This document shows, one piece after another, positions 37,471 to 39,148 of a stretch of 39,148 nt of DNA. The position numbers and the translations under genes are program-made. Within the stretch, counting starts at the first letter, position 1. Each line of letters opens with the position of its first letter. The stretch comes from Azolla caroliniana. Lineage: Eukaryota > Plantae > Polypodiophyta. Under the pieces are notes generated by a model. That model did not search any database. It was given only the letters and a program-made list of their open reading frames with translations, and was not told where the DNA came from. The stretch covers positions 1 through 39,148 of the forward strand of contig JBHGNT010000289.1 in NCBI GenBank assembly GCA_043228905.1, in the 5' to 3' direction.

Positions 37471-38713
37471 GGAACTAGAAGATGGGTTCTAAATTTAGTG
37501 GTTGCTCTCGGACTGTGTGTGCGGCCGGAGGATTTGTCTCGTGTTGTGCTATGTGTGGCCGGATGGATGGTTTCTTGTGGACACCCACACCCACACGCAC
37601 GCACACACGCACACACAACACAGTCAATACACAGACAGAGAAGTGGCGGTGCCCTAGGGTTAGCAGGTAGCAGGTTGCACGCACAGATCCACACAGCAAA
37701 CAGACGACGACTCCCATTTCTCCAACCCCTTCCTTCCATCGTCTCCATCCTCCTGCGCCGGCACGTCACAGGTTCTTCCAACGCTCCTTCCTTCCTTTCC
37801 TTCTCTCTGTTTCTTCTCTTTGTTTTCCTCGTTCCTCCCTTTCTTCCCCGTCGTCCTCTTCTTCTTTGTACTGTTTTACTGTATGCTTGCCCTAACTGGA
37901 TCGTTCTACATGTCGCACTGTAATCATAGGGTCCGCATTCTCTGTCTGTGTCCCGTTCCTTTCTTTTCATTCTTCTATGCTAGATTGACGTCGGTATCAA
38001 ATTCGCGTTTTTGATTCTTGTTTCACGGGGTACTGCGTCTGTCTCGGGTAATAGCTTTGAACATCGGAATTTTTTTCCATCACTCAGTTATTCCTCTGTT
38101 TCTTTTTCGACTCTCCCAGACGGGATCGTTATGTCTGCTTTCTGGTGGTTCTTTCTGAAGTTTTCTCGTGGGACAAAGTTCCGCCCGTGTGATTATTGAT
38201 TCTAAGTATATTATTTTCTCTTTTGTATTCATTTGCGATGGAAAGTAATGCCTATCTCGGTACTCGTCTTTTTATATCTTCTTCCCAGGTCACGCGTGTT
38301 CTAATGATTCTCTGTCTATTGAGGATACAAAAGGAACACGCGTAGTATTCTACATATAAACGGACTGCTCTAAATCCTAGCTGCTGAATTGAATGAATAC
38401 CTTTTCTCGTTATGTATTCCAGAGAGAGATATAGAAGTAGAAAACACAGAATTGAAGGGATAAATGGAGCGCTTTGAAACCTATCCTTCTTTGTGTTTTA
38501 GTACTAGCGAGAGATATAGAAGAAGCTTTTAAATGCGATATCTTGAATACTATTTGGTTACCTGCATTCTGTTTCTATACATGTTTTTTTTTCAAGAGAT
38601 ATAGAGACGACTAACGTGGATATGAAATTTCTAGATAAATAGAGTTCTTTGACTCATATGTGCTCAATCCAATACATTTTCTTTCATCTTTAGGTTTTTA
38701 GGGATTCTCCACG

Positions 38714-39049
38714 ATGACAGGTAAAGCTAAGCCCAAGAAGCACACTGCAAAGGAGATAGCTGCTAAGATTGATGCCGCCACTACAAACAGGGGTGGTGGG
38801 AAAGCTGGTCTAGTTGATCGGACAGGCGGTGATAAAGGAGGTCATGCCAAGTTTGCGTGCCCGATTTGCAAAGCCACAGCACCTGATGTTAAGAGTATGA
38901 ATATCCACCATGATTCCAAACATCCAAAACTACCTTTTGAAGAAGATAAAGTCATCAACCTCCATGCTTCTGCTTCAACTTCAGTAGCATCAGCATCAGC
39001 ATCAGCACCAGTTCCAAAGCCTGGAATTCGTGGAAGTCTCAAAAAGTGA
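38714..39049 (+). CDS. MBS1: METHYLENE BLUE SENSITIVITY 1-like small C2H2 zinc-finger protein
   Basis: MTGKAKPKKHTAKEIAAKIDAATTNRGGGKAG...CPICKATAPDVKSMNIHHDSKHPK...KPGIRGSLKK; pyrimidine tract and AG upstream suggest a 5'UTR intron. Confidence 0.9.
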   Translation: MTGKAKPKKHTAKEIAAKIDAATTNRGGGKAGLVDRTGGDKGGHAKFACPICKATAPDVKSMNIHHDSKHPKLPFEEDKVINLHASASTSVASASASAPVPKPGIRGSLKK

Positions 39050-39148
39050 AACTACTCTTGAAGGTAAGTGTGTTCTCTTTCTCTCTCTGTTCAACAACAT
39101 CTCTGGTTAATATCACCAAGATACATCTCTTCTTAGATGGCATGTGAG

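Noticed and set aside
37464-38014. ORFs of 62-168 aa upstream of MBS1
   Set aside because: They are low-complexity translations of promoter/UTR microsatellite and pyrimidine-rich sequence.

Overview
AT-rich eukaryotic land-plant DNA with spliceosomal introns, plant-specific DUF639 and PLS-PPR families and TTTAGGG repeats; a non-seed plant is my inference. The first 12.2 kb is a transposon cluster. A GC-rich Ty3/gypsy element (+ strand; gag C-terminus/protease, an intact RT-RNaseH-integrase ORF, PPT and 3' LTR) carries a related element inserted in the opposite orientation (5' LTR, tRNA-Trp PBS, gag). A decayed PLS-PPR gene, a solo LTR of the same group and two stacked LINE 3' fragments follow. 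The rest holds four host genes: a 9-exon DUF639 gene, cytosolic Hsp70 with a perfect HSE, SF3B5 and an MBS1-like zinc finger. A 55-bp satellite with A/B dimer structure lies between DUF639 and Hsp70. The most notable signals are a candidate programmed -1 frameshift (G_GAU_UUU, UAG, hairpin) between protease and RT, and CG-centred 4-bp target sites at all three LTR insertions.
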